A DNA stretch of 64,000 bases from an uncultured Planctomycetia bacterium (GTDB lineage Bacteria; Omnitrophota; Gorgyraeia; JABMRG01). This document shows, in pieces, positions 8,310 through 16,780 of the stretch. The DNA lies in NCBI GenBank assembly GCA_964634945.1, contig CAZWMG010000006.1:736-64735 (forward strand), written 5' to 3'. The notes beneath the pieces were generated by a model that had not been told where the DNA came from, searched no databases, and saw nothing but the letters and a program-made list of their open reading frames with translations. Position 1 is the stretch's first letter, and each line of letters begins with the position of its first letter. The translations under genes and the position numbers were made by a program.

Positions 8310-9224
8310 TCAGAACGAGTATGCTAATGAGGATATAACACGGAGATCATTATCTTTTGTATCTGCCGGCGGCGCCGCGTTGTAATCATCTATAAGACTT
8401 ATGCGCAGGCTTAACTTATGATTCATGGCGATATCGAGCATTGTTTCTGAGTGGATCCTGTAATCACTGAAATCCTCAAAAACAGGGTAATACAATATGT
8501 TCTGCGTGATTTTTGTGTTACTAAATAATTTTTTCTCAAAAAATGCCCTGGGAACAAGTACCCAATCCCCTTTATCCTTTATATTAGACCTGTATGAGGT
8601 ATGCTCATAACCCGCGCCTGCTTCAACCATCAGCTTTAATCTAGGCAGATCATAGAGCCAGTAACCGAGACCTGCAGCGGGTACAAACCTGTAATCTATA
8701 TCAGCAAACCTGTCGTGATCTGCCTCTATCCTATAAAAATTATACCACCTCTTCATGCTTCCAAAGCTATAAGCATATCTTCCCATACTATACCACTTAT
8801 GCGCATCCATCTTGTTGTTTGCCGAGGAATAATACATGTTACCTTTAGCTGTCCATTCGTCAATATGCTTATTCTCTCTATTAAGCAGGAAACTGCCTGA
8901 GAACTGGCTTTCACGCGTATTGCCTGTAGCGTAATTATAGCCCAATGCAACCTCTCTCTTCCATATTATATCTGTCGGATCATTGATATCTTTTCGCAAG
9001 CCATCTTCTGCTCTAACAATATGGCCTATCAAGTCTCTCTTTACCACGATTGAACCCATAGCCTCTGTCTCTACAGAAAGGCTATCCTGTTCTTCCTGCG
9101 TTATCTGCCCGCTTATCTTATCACCATTCTTAAGATATATCTCATCAGCGTAAACAGTGGCAAGAAATCCAGTAAAAAATACAATCGTTATTAAAAGACG
9201 TGTAAATATCTGATTCATATTCAA
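8310..9224 (-). CDS. outer-membrane beta-barrel protein, DUF481-like
   Basis: Signal peptide, Tyr/Gly-rich alternating pattern and C-terminal '...SLAYSF' ending in Phe. Confidence 0.5.
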   Translation of the reverse strand: MNMNQIFTRLLITIVFFTGFLATVYADEIYLKNGDKISGQITQEEQDSLSVETEAMGSIVVKRDLIGHIVRAEDGLRKDINDPTDIIWKREVALGYNYATGNTRESQFSGSFLLNRENKHIDEWTAKGNMYYSSANNKMDAHKWYSMGRYAYSFGSMKRWYNFYRIEADHDRFADIDYRFVPAAGLGYWLYDLPRLKLMVEAGAGYEHTSYRSNIKDKGDWVLVPRAFFEKKLFSNTKITQNILYYPVFEDFSDYRIHSETMLDIAMNHKLSLRISLIDDYNAAPPADTKDNDLRVISSLAYSF

Positions 9225-9346
9225 ATTTTCCTTAACAGCAATATTATTGTATATTACTCCTTATAAGTTTTACATGCAAGTGATTTTGTTAAGATACGAA
9301 TTGGTATGGCAAGGCCTTTTTTGATAGGATACAACAGGTAATAGTT

Positions 9347-12300
9347 TTAGCTGCTTATAGCGAAACCTAAGTTTACCTTATTACGATTAGCGCGCCTTGT
9401 TACGGGACTTGTGTTGGGATATCCTAGCTTGCGCGCTACATTCATATTTTTAATAGGGATGTTTTCTACTGCTAATCTTTCAACGGCGCCTTTAAGCTCA
9501 TGAATAAATACGCTTCTCCTCGAAAGCACTCCCAATAAACTGAAATCTATCTTATGATATTTAGAGCGCCTTGTTAGCTCCTTTGATTCCTTATAGCCGA
9601 GTTTGTACGCTACATTGCATATGGTTGGCAGCTTATCTTCTTCGATTAATTCTTTAACAGCGCCTGCAACCTTATGTATAAATTTATCTCTGCTGAAAAC
9701 CACTAATCCTAATAAACTTAAATCTATACTATAATAATTCGCGAGCTTTGTTATAGGACCTGCTGTATCATAGCCTAGTTTGCGTGCTACGTTTCGCGTA
9801 ATAGGCAGTTCACCTTTGTCTGTTAATTCCTTAACAGCGCCTTCAACCTTATAAATAAAAACATCTCTACTTGTAAACAATCCTAGCAAGTTTAAGTCTA
9901 TACCATGATACTTGGCTAGTCTTGTCAAGGACCCTGTTTTCTCATAGCCTAGTTTGCGTGCTATATTTCGCGTAATAGGCAACTCTCCTTCTTCTATCAA
10001 TTCTTTAACAACACCTTTAATCTTTTGTATAGTCTTATCTCTACTGCCGCTGGAAGAAGCCTTAACAGCCCCATTAAGGGCCTTTAAAACTTCAGGATGC
10101 GCGCTTAAATACTCTTTTACTCTTGCGTCATAATCAGCCTCTTTTGCTTTTTGCATAGTAAGTTCTTCCTGCCATTTAGGTTCAATGGTTTTACCAGGAA
10201 AAGCCTTCTCAAGCCATTGAATCTGGTGCTTTGCACACCATCCATGTGAAATGTTACTTGGTATCTTTATTTCTGTTACCTCGTACGCCTTGCCGCATGT
10301 AGCGCACATTGAAACCTTAATATTTTTCCCTTTGATATACTTCTCAACTATGGGCTCAACGATGTCTCTGCTGCCTATAAAACCATGCGTTAATAAGAGT
10401 ATTTGGAATAGATGGTCATTGTTCAGGATATCCTCATCCTCTTTTATATCTAAATTAAGGGTATCGATATCACCTGCCTCATCACCATGGTAAAATGCTA
10501 ACAATGCATCCGCTATCTTAAAGTAACGTTGAAGCTTAGTATCTGCCGCAATAATAGGGCTAATAGTAGGCACTTTGCCTAAATAGATATTGCCTGTATT
10601 GCCATCTATTGTTATGGTATCGCCATTTTCGATCCTACAGGGTTTGCCAGTATTATCTGTATACACAATACCGCTGTCATCACGTGCAAAATTAGCGCCA
10701 GCACGAAGAGTTACAGCCGGTTTTATAATATCTGCTGTTCCCATTTTTTCTCTGGCTAATTCCGCGATATGGTTAATCAATGAATCTTCCTTTGTAATAA
10801 AGCCCACGGGCCAGTACATGTCAATCTGGCTGTGAAAAAATGATGAGCCCATAGCCGCAATAGGGTTATCATACTTATCAAATAAAAATCTATCGGGGTT
10901 CTCACGCACAATTAACCTTCCTGTTACAACACCCGGAGAAAGCGGAAATCCCCTTAAAACAGGCTCTATGTCACAATTAGGGCTTACTACAGGCGATTTG
11001 AGTAAGGAGATAAAATGATCTATCCGTTCCGACTCCTTTAAAACGCTTCCGCTCTCTTCGTAATCAATACTAAGAATATCTCTTGTAGCTATATCTGAAT
11101 AGCTTATCTTATCAGCAACTTCACGATACGTCAGAGTACCATTGATTCCCATATCGATCGCGTAATGGACCAGGGCCACAGGATGTACAAGAGCAGATCT
11201 TTGTTGAAGAATATACAATTTACCGCCTTCAATAGTAAATTCAATATTTCTAATATCATTGTAAACTGTCTCTAATTTCCTAGCATTCTTTTTAATAGCG
11301 GCTAATTGTGCCGGGAACATCTTTTCAAAAGTCTCTTTATAAAATATTACCTGTCCGCTTGAAGGCGTTACAACCGCAGGCCCTTGTGACTTATGAGCCA
11401 TTTCAATGTATACGCTGTTCTCGCCTGTTATCGGGTGCCTTGAAGCGGCAATACCGGTGCATGAGTTGTTATTGAGATTACCAAAAACCATCGCCTGCAC
11501 AGTAAAAGCTATATATGTGCTATCTCCTAGCATTTTTTTACTGTGCAAAAGCCGAGCTTGTTTTGAAAGATCTCCCATATCACCTTCTTGATATTTTTTG
11601 AAAGCTTCTACCGCAAGCGCTAACTGCTGCCATGGGTCCTCAGGGAATTCTATATTGTGCTTGTCTAATAGATATTTTTTTAGCTTACTAATAGTTTCCT
11701 TGTATACCAACTTCTTAGGCACCCCGTCTTTACTTATCAGTTCAAAGCCTACAAAATGGTGCGCATTATCATATTTTCTAATAAAGTTATTTTTATATAT
11801 CTCTAATATGTCATAATCCAAAGTATTGATAATGTCAACACCCAACACAGCCTCACTATAAAAGCATAAATACATTAAATACATATTGTACAATTCAACC
11901 TTATCTTCGAACCGCTTCTCCAAGGCCTTGACTGTCTCGTCATTTAAACCTATATTGAGCAATGTGGACAATTTCCCGGGCTCAACAAATGGATATCCTG
12001 CCCTGATTGAAAGAAATAGCGGTTTTTTAGCATCCCCGAAATAGCGCTCTTTTCCTGATAAAGCTTTCATCCGCTTTTCTATCTCACCTACCGCACGGCG
12101 CAATGATGCACGATCATTTGATAGAGTTCTAATCTCATCTGATGTAATTTCAGAATCGATAACAAATCCCGGAGGAACAGGCATATTCTCCAAGGCTAGT
12201 CGCATTAGGCCTGAGCCCTTATCACTCAATAGGATTTTATTCTCAGGATTGCCGTCCGCATAGCCGGGCCAAAAAAAGTGCAGGTGAGCAATGTCAGGCG

Positions 12301-12487
12301 ATAGTCGCACATCAGCTTGTAAGTGAGTATCTCTATCCGCCTCAGCCATGGCCCCTAAAATACCAGACGATGCCTGTGGTCTCAGCGCATCTATTTTTGA
12401 CTTTTTTATCTCTGCAAAGAGACAGCCTTGCCCCACACCATTGAAGGCAAATGCAACTACTATTATAAATATAATTATACTTTTCAT
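9347..12487 (-). CDS. signal-anchored PPDK/PEP-synthase-like ATP-grasp protein with a PEP-utilizer swivel domain, a Cys/His-rich module and four C-terminal tandem ~60-aa repeats
   Basis: The N-terminal hydrophobic segment is followed by 'PVPPGFVI...PLFLSIRAGYP...LLNIGLNDETV' and 'TGIAASRHPITGENSVYIE...IEFTIEGGKLYILQQRSA', matching the PPDK_N / PEP-synthase nucleotide-binding domain. 'GFPLSPGVVTGRLIV...DSLINHIAELAREKMG...IENGDTITIDGNTGNIY' resembles the phospho-His mobile domain. Next comes 'KNIKVSMCATCGKAYEV...SHGWCAKH', then four repeats of 'ELPITRNIARKLGY...T..AKYH.IDL.LLG'. Confidence 0.6.
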   Translation of the reverse strand: MKSIIIFIIVVAFAFNGVGQGCLFAEIKKSKIDALRPQASSGILGAMAEADRDTHLQADVRLSPDIAHLHFFWPGYADGNPENKILLSDKGSGLMRLALENMPVPPGFVIDSEITSDEIRTLSNDRASLRRAVGEIEKRMKALSGKERYFGDAKKPLFLSIRAGYPFVEPGKLSTLLNIGLNDETVKALEKRFEDKVELYNMYLMYLCFYSEAVLGVDIINTLDYDILEIYKNNFIRKYDNAHHFVGFELISKDGVPKKLVYKETISKLKKYLLDKHNIEFPEDPWQQLALAVEAFKKYQEGDMGDLSKQARLLHSKKMLGDSTYIAFTVQAMVFGNLNNNSCTGIAASRHPITGENSVYIEMAHKSQGPAVVTPSSGQVIFYKETFEKMFPAQLAAIKKNARKLETVYNDIRNIEFTIEGGKLYILQQRSALVHPVALVHYAIDMGINGTLTYREVADKISYSDIATRDILSIDYEESGSVLKESERIDHFISLLKSPVVSPNCDIEPVLRGFPLSPGVVTGRLIVRENPDRFLFDKYDNPIAAMGSSFFHSQIDMYWPVGFITKEDSLINHIAELAREKMGTADIIKPAVTLRAGANFARDDSGIVYTDNTGKPCRIENGDTITIDGNTGNIYLGKVPTISPIIAADTKLQRYFKIADALLAFYHGDEAGDIDTLNLDIKEDEDILNNDHLFQILLLTHGFIGSRDIVEPIVEKYIKGKNIKVSMCATCGKAYEVTEIKIPSNISHGWCAKHQIQWLEKAFPGKTIEPKWQEELTMQKAKEADYDARVKEYLSAHPEVLKALNGAVKASSSGSRDKTIQKIKGVVKELIEEGELPITRNIARKLGYEKTGSLTRLAKYHGIDLNLLGLFTSRDVFIYKVEGAVKELTDKGELPITRNVARKLGYDTAGPITKLANYYSIDLSLLGLVVFSRDKFIHKVAGAVKELIEEDKLPTICNVAYKLGYKESKELTRRSKYHKIDFSLLGVLSRRSVFIHELKGAVERLAVENIPIKNMNVARKLGYPNTSPVTRRANRNKVNLGFAISS

Positions 12488-12509
12488 TTTTAGAAAGGTT
12501 TCTTTAGCA

Positions 12510-15500
12510 TTAAGCGGCGCTTTGAATTGCTTTTCTTATATATGATACAGAGAGGTTTCTAGAATGCGTAATTAAACGCTCTGAGATCACAGGATGCATT
12601 TTTAGGTACTCTGCCACTCTCTCACCAACTTTAGCTTCTCTGGCTTCCTGCGCCCTAATACGTTTCAAGCGGGCAGGCCCATCTTGCTTGCTATAATCAT
12701 AGCGTTCAATGATGTTGCCTGCATCTTTAATACATTTTCCATGCGAAATACCACTTGGACCTTCGTATTTTCGCACTGCGTATATCCTGCCACATGTAGC
12801 GCACATTGATACCGTTATGTTTTTATCCTTGATATACCTTTTTACTATTTTTTCAACCAGAGCTTTATTATTTATAAGATAATACGTTAATAAGCGCATC
12901 TGAAATAGGTGGTCTTCCGTACTAATATTTACATCATTGAATATTCTCTCTAATTCTCTAGTACTGTTTTCAGGGGTCTTGTTACCCGAAGAAGAGGTTT
13001 TCTCCGTAACCGGTAAAACAGCAGTTGCAGTACCCGGGCGTATTGGAGCAAGATAACCGTTTATCCTGTTATCCTGATCCAGTCTGCGTTTCATGATAAC
13101 CTGCAATGAGCGCGCCAGAGAACTCACACCGCCAGTCTCTTTAAGTTCCGCATCGAGTAATTTTATGAATTCATCCGTGTGCATTCTTAACAAAACGCTC
13201 TTTTGCGATGCCACAACTGTCTTGCTTCTTGGAAGCTGTTTCGAATCATTGAATAATGACATAAACCTATCACGCATATCTTTATCCATATCCAAGCTCT
13301 TTATCTCTGAAATATCCATTACATTCCATATATAATAACCAGCACCTGCTATAAACTGCTGGCTTATCATGTCCTTCCTAAAAAGAGCCTTTAAATCATC
13401 TTCTGTATATAAGCTTAACGCTCTTCTAAGAATAGCCATCTCACCCAATACATGCCCCTTTCCTAATGTCTTTATACCATTCGGCATATCCGCGATACCT
13501 TCAATATTTACTTTTCCGCTTAATATTATATATACATATGGATTATCGATAGTAAGGTCTCCTTCTCTGTAGATTATATGCCCCCCTCTCATCTCCTCTA
13601 TACTACCTATAGTTGCAAACTGCTTTCTGATTAGATCCCCAAAAATAATATTTTCAGCAGTGGTCTCTATAACTGTTGACTCTTTCAGCAGGTTATCAGC
13701 CCTCACTATACTCTTACGCCTGTCAGCTCTCTTTATAACCCTCAATGATTCAAAGACCTGTGCCCTTTGGAGCCCAGGTTCATTCTGCTGGCCTGCCGAG
13801 TGGACAGTATGCACAGCACCAATATTAGCAAGCTCCTTAAACGCATCGATTAATTCCTCAGGCTCTATATGTACACCTGGCACACCATTTTCAGATATGA
13901 GAAGGTCAACACCATTTTCATAAAACTCAATAAACTTCTGCCTTAATGGGCTCTCTTTTGAAGGCATCAGAGAATCTGGTAAATAAGCGAAAATGCCTTT
14001 TTCAGTTGATATCCTAAACCCATACGTTGGCAGAGGGTGACCGAATGTTCTATTAAGAAGCATCTCCATCCCAGCAAAGAGTGACAGCGTATCATTAAAG
14101 AGAACAACTTCTCTATCCGCATCCTTTTCTGTCTTAACCAAAGGAAAGATCTTTTCAAAATCATATCTACTTATACCTGTTAAGGTGTTTAGATATTCAA
14201 ACGCTGTCTCGTAAACCGGGATAGCCGCTATCAGAGGCATTGAGCCTAATTGTCCACCATTAGCCTTTTTCAATAGTTGTTGGTAAGCAAAATCTGCCAT
14301 CCCGCCAAAGTGGTCCCAATGAACATGCGAAAGATAGAAGGCGTCAACATTATCTAAGAGTTCATTAGCCCTTATATTGCGCAAGGTCTGCGCTGAGGGG
14401 TCAACTAGAATGCCCTTGCCATTAATCGCCATTAATAAATTTGTATAATCCTGCTTACCACTAAAAGGCGTGGGATCCGCGTTACCAAAAGGCATTATTA
14501 CTAATTCATCCCTATCCTTTTCAGAGAGCTTAAACGCTTCCTCAACCATGTTGACTTGTCTTGGCGTCCATGATGAATAAAATTGATTTTCCCCGCGTGA
14601 GGCAAGGCACGCTCTGTCAATATAGTAGGCATGCGCACCCTCTCCCTCAGTGACGATAAGGCTATCTTCTGTTTTTTCTATTCTTAACGTATTAGCAGGC
14701 GTTTCCGATGAAGGCAAGCCCTTACTTAATGCAATACTGTCGCCAAGCGCCAAGACCCGAATATCGATTATTTCGTTAATTAATTTTTCTACGGCCTCGT
14801 CGTCTTTAAAAGATATATTGCCCTCTCTATTAAATAGCCCTCCGGGAAAATGAAACGACCTGTTACGGGCAAACTCCTTTGAAAGCATCTTAGCTATATC
14901 AACACTGTAACCGCTATCTATTAATTTTGCTTCATAAAATCCTGCATCATGACCAATAAAAAAAGACTTGAGCAATCTAAGAGTTTTTTTCTTCTTTATT
15001 TCTGAATCCACTACAACAGTAATTCTACCGCTTATTAACCCCTTAACAAGTACGTCTACATCATAGCCTGCATCCATAACCTCATATTTAAAAGTATCTA
15101 TCTCATCTACTTTACGCTGGTAACTCGAATAATCCTTTTCTAATGCCTTTAAATCATTGAGGAGTGCTGCATATCTTGCTGAATACCCCTTAATGATGGG
15201 ATCAAAAAACATTCTTTGAAAAAATAATCCTTCCAACACACTGCTGTTAACAAGGGGATCAAACGCCAAAAAAACAACATCGGGTTGCTCCTTAGCCTTG
15301 AGGAAGGTGTGAGAATTTTGCCTGTCATAAGCTGAAAATGATAGCGTAAATGAGCGATTGCCGTTTACATCGCCTTTTGTAGTAAGGGTAAAGTTATCCA
15401 ACAAATCAGTGCCTGAATTATCAGGATTCAACTTGTCTTGACCCGGATAAGATGCGCGCGGATTCTTAAAAACCCTTGTTTCTAAGACATCGTAAGCTTT

Positions 15501-16451
15501 TCTTAAATCCGCTCTATTATCTGTGGCCTCTTTAAACTCTTGATTCAACAGCACAAAAGCGGAATAAGCATCAGTGAAATATTTAGTCGGCGTAACTCCT
15601 AGTATCTTAATATTGCTATCTAATGAAGGGGCCTTGTCAATATATAAGTTAAGAACGCCAAAAAATATTCCTGTTTTTTTAGCGAATTTCTTTAAGTGGC
15701 CTCCTTTAAAAATTAAGTCCGCGGACCACTTAATCATCATCGCGTATGAGAGATAAGCTATGAGCTGTGGAAGTGTTGCAAATGAGGCAAACAAAGGTAA
15801 GATCGTATATGCCACAATAACAGCTGCTGCAGATAATATAATGCCCGCGCCTAAAAATGGGAGAAGTTCCCATCTACTGTTATATATTGCATTCTTTGTC
15901 TCTCTGCTTACAGAATGCGCCACTCTCTTGCCTATCGCATGTATAAAAGCGACTGGCAGATCAATTAAGCTGATCTTATTGTATATGGTAATTGTATCAG
16001 TAAACTTAAGGTATGATACCGGCAGATTCCTTGTAACTAAATTATCCGCAAATACAATCCTTATGCCCTGAATATGCTCTTTGGGTAATTTTTTTAATAA
16101 ATATATTAGAAGCGAAAGTCGGACAATAGAAAGACTGTTCGGATTATACATTATGATATTATTGTTCTCTAAGAAATCTTTGATAGTATCCGTATCTAAT
16201 AGGCTAAATTCAAGCCTTGTAGATAAGAGATCTTTAGCAATAAATTGACGCATGCCTTTTTCAAGCATCGCCTGTATTGTATAATTTTGAGGTATCGCCT
16301 TCTTAACAGGCTTGTAGCCCTGAGCATGAGTATTATCTGAAACTGAGAGCTTGTGAGAAGCTGGGCGCAGAGCAAATAAGTCAGGTGGTATACTGGCCAT
16401 AATGAGTGAAATAACCAGAAAAATTGATAAAACCCTGTAGAACTCTTTCAT
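12510..16451 (-). CDS. giant (1313-aa) membrane-anchored multidomain protein with an MBL-fold domain, a cNMP-binding-like domain and a C-terminal Cys/His-rich module
   Basis: N-terminal signal/anchor plus an internal TM pair ('LPFLGAGIILSAAAVIVAYTILPLF...'). 'AFYLSHVHWDHFGG' is the metallo-beta-lactamase HxHxDH motif. 'YVYIILSGKVNIE...GKGHVLGEMAIL' is CAP_ED (cNMP-binding)-like. The C-terminal 'KNITVSMCATCGRIYAV...SHGKCIKD' is paralogous to the module in the neighbouring gene. Confidence 0.55.
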   Translation of the reverse strand: MKEFYRVLSIFLVISLIMASIPPDLFALRPASHKLSVSDNTHAQGYKPVKKAIPQNYTIQAMLEKGMRQFIAKDLLSTRLEFSLLDTDTIKDFLENNNIIMYNPNSLSIVRLSLLIYLLKKLPKEHIQGIRIVFADNLVTRNLPVSYLKFTDTITIYNKISLIDLPVAFIHAIGKRVAHSVSRETKNAIYNSRWELLPFLGAGIILSAAAVIVAYTILPLFASFATLPQLIAYLSYAMMIKWSADLIFKGGHLKKFAKKTGIFFGVLNLYIDKAPSLDSNIKILGVTPTKYFTDAYSAFVLLNQEFKEATDNRADLRKAYDVLETRVFKNPRASYPGQDKLNPDNSGTDLLDNFTLTTKGDVNGNRSFTLSFSAYDRQNSHTFLKAKEQPDVVFLAFDPLVNSSVLEGLFFQRMFFDPIIKGYSARYAALLNDLKALEKDYSSYQRKVDEIDTFKYEVMDAGYDVDVLVKGLISGRITVVVDSEIKKKKTLRLLKSFFIGHDAGFYEAKLIDSGYSVDIAKMLSKEFARNRSFHFPGGLFNREGNISFKDDEAVEKLINEIIDIRVLALGDSIALSKGLPSSETPANTLRIEKTEDSLIVTEGEGAHAYYIDRACLASRGENQFYSSWTPRQVNMVEEAFKLSEKDRDELVIMPFGNADPTPFSGKQDYTNLLMAINGKGILVDPSAQTLRNIRANELLDNVDAFYLSHVHWDHFGGMADFAYQQLLKKANGGQLGSMPLIAAIPVYETAFEYLNTLTGISRYDFEKIFPLVKTEKDADREVVLFNDTLSLFAGMEMLLNRTFGHPLPTYGFRISTEKGIFAYLPDSLMPSKESPLRQKFIEFYENGVDLLISENGVPGVHIEPEELIDAFKELANIGAVHTVHSAGQQNEPGLQRAQVFESLRVIKRADRRKSIVRADNLLKESTVIETTAENIIFGDLIRKQFATIGSIEEMRGGHIIYREGDLTIDNPYVYIILSGKVNIEGIADMPNGIKTLGKGHVLGEMAILRRALSLYTEDDLKALFRKDMISQQFIAGAGYYIWNVMDISEIKSLDMDKDMRDRFMSLFNDSKQLPRSKTVVASQKSVLLRMHTDEFIKLLDAELKETGGVSSLARSLQVIMKRRLDQDNRINGYLAPIRPGTATAVLPVTEKTSSSGNKTPENSTRELERIFNDVNISTEDHLFQMRLLTYYLINNKALVEKIVKRYIKDKNITVSMCATCGRIYAVRKYEGPSGISHGKCIKDAGNIIERYDYSKQDGPARLKRIRAQEAREAKVGERVAEYLKMHPVISERLITHSRNLSVSYIRKAIQSAA

Positions 16452-16780
16452 GATATATCCGTTCTTCAGTAATTACAGTTTAATTATGTATTAATGATCA
16501 ATACATAATAATATTAATAAAGTTCTTTAAAAGAGTAACATAAGTTTACCAAAATGTCAATCTTAAAACCTTTTTAAAGACCATTTCTATTGTCTGCTCG
16601 TATTTAGCAGGGCTTCTATTATACTTATATTATACTATATACTATGCTTACCCCTACTTTATTATATCCTGCGCAACTAAATTATATTTAATCCCTTTGA
16701 CAAATTATTATTGAACTGGTATAATTTACATTGATTTTAATAACAATCTCAATCAATAGCATAAAAAGGGAGTCAATGTT

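Noticed and set aside
10251-15756. Numerous 60-115 aa ORFs antisense to the two giant genes, and similar antisense ORFs inside EF-G, the PKD protein and the kinase
   Set aside because: Shadow ORFs inside long well-supported coding regions; none shows motifs or an RBS.
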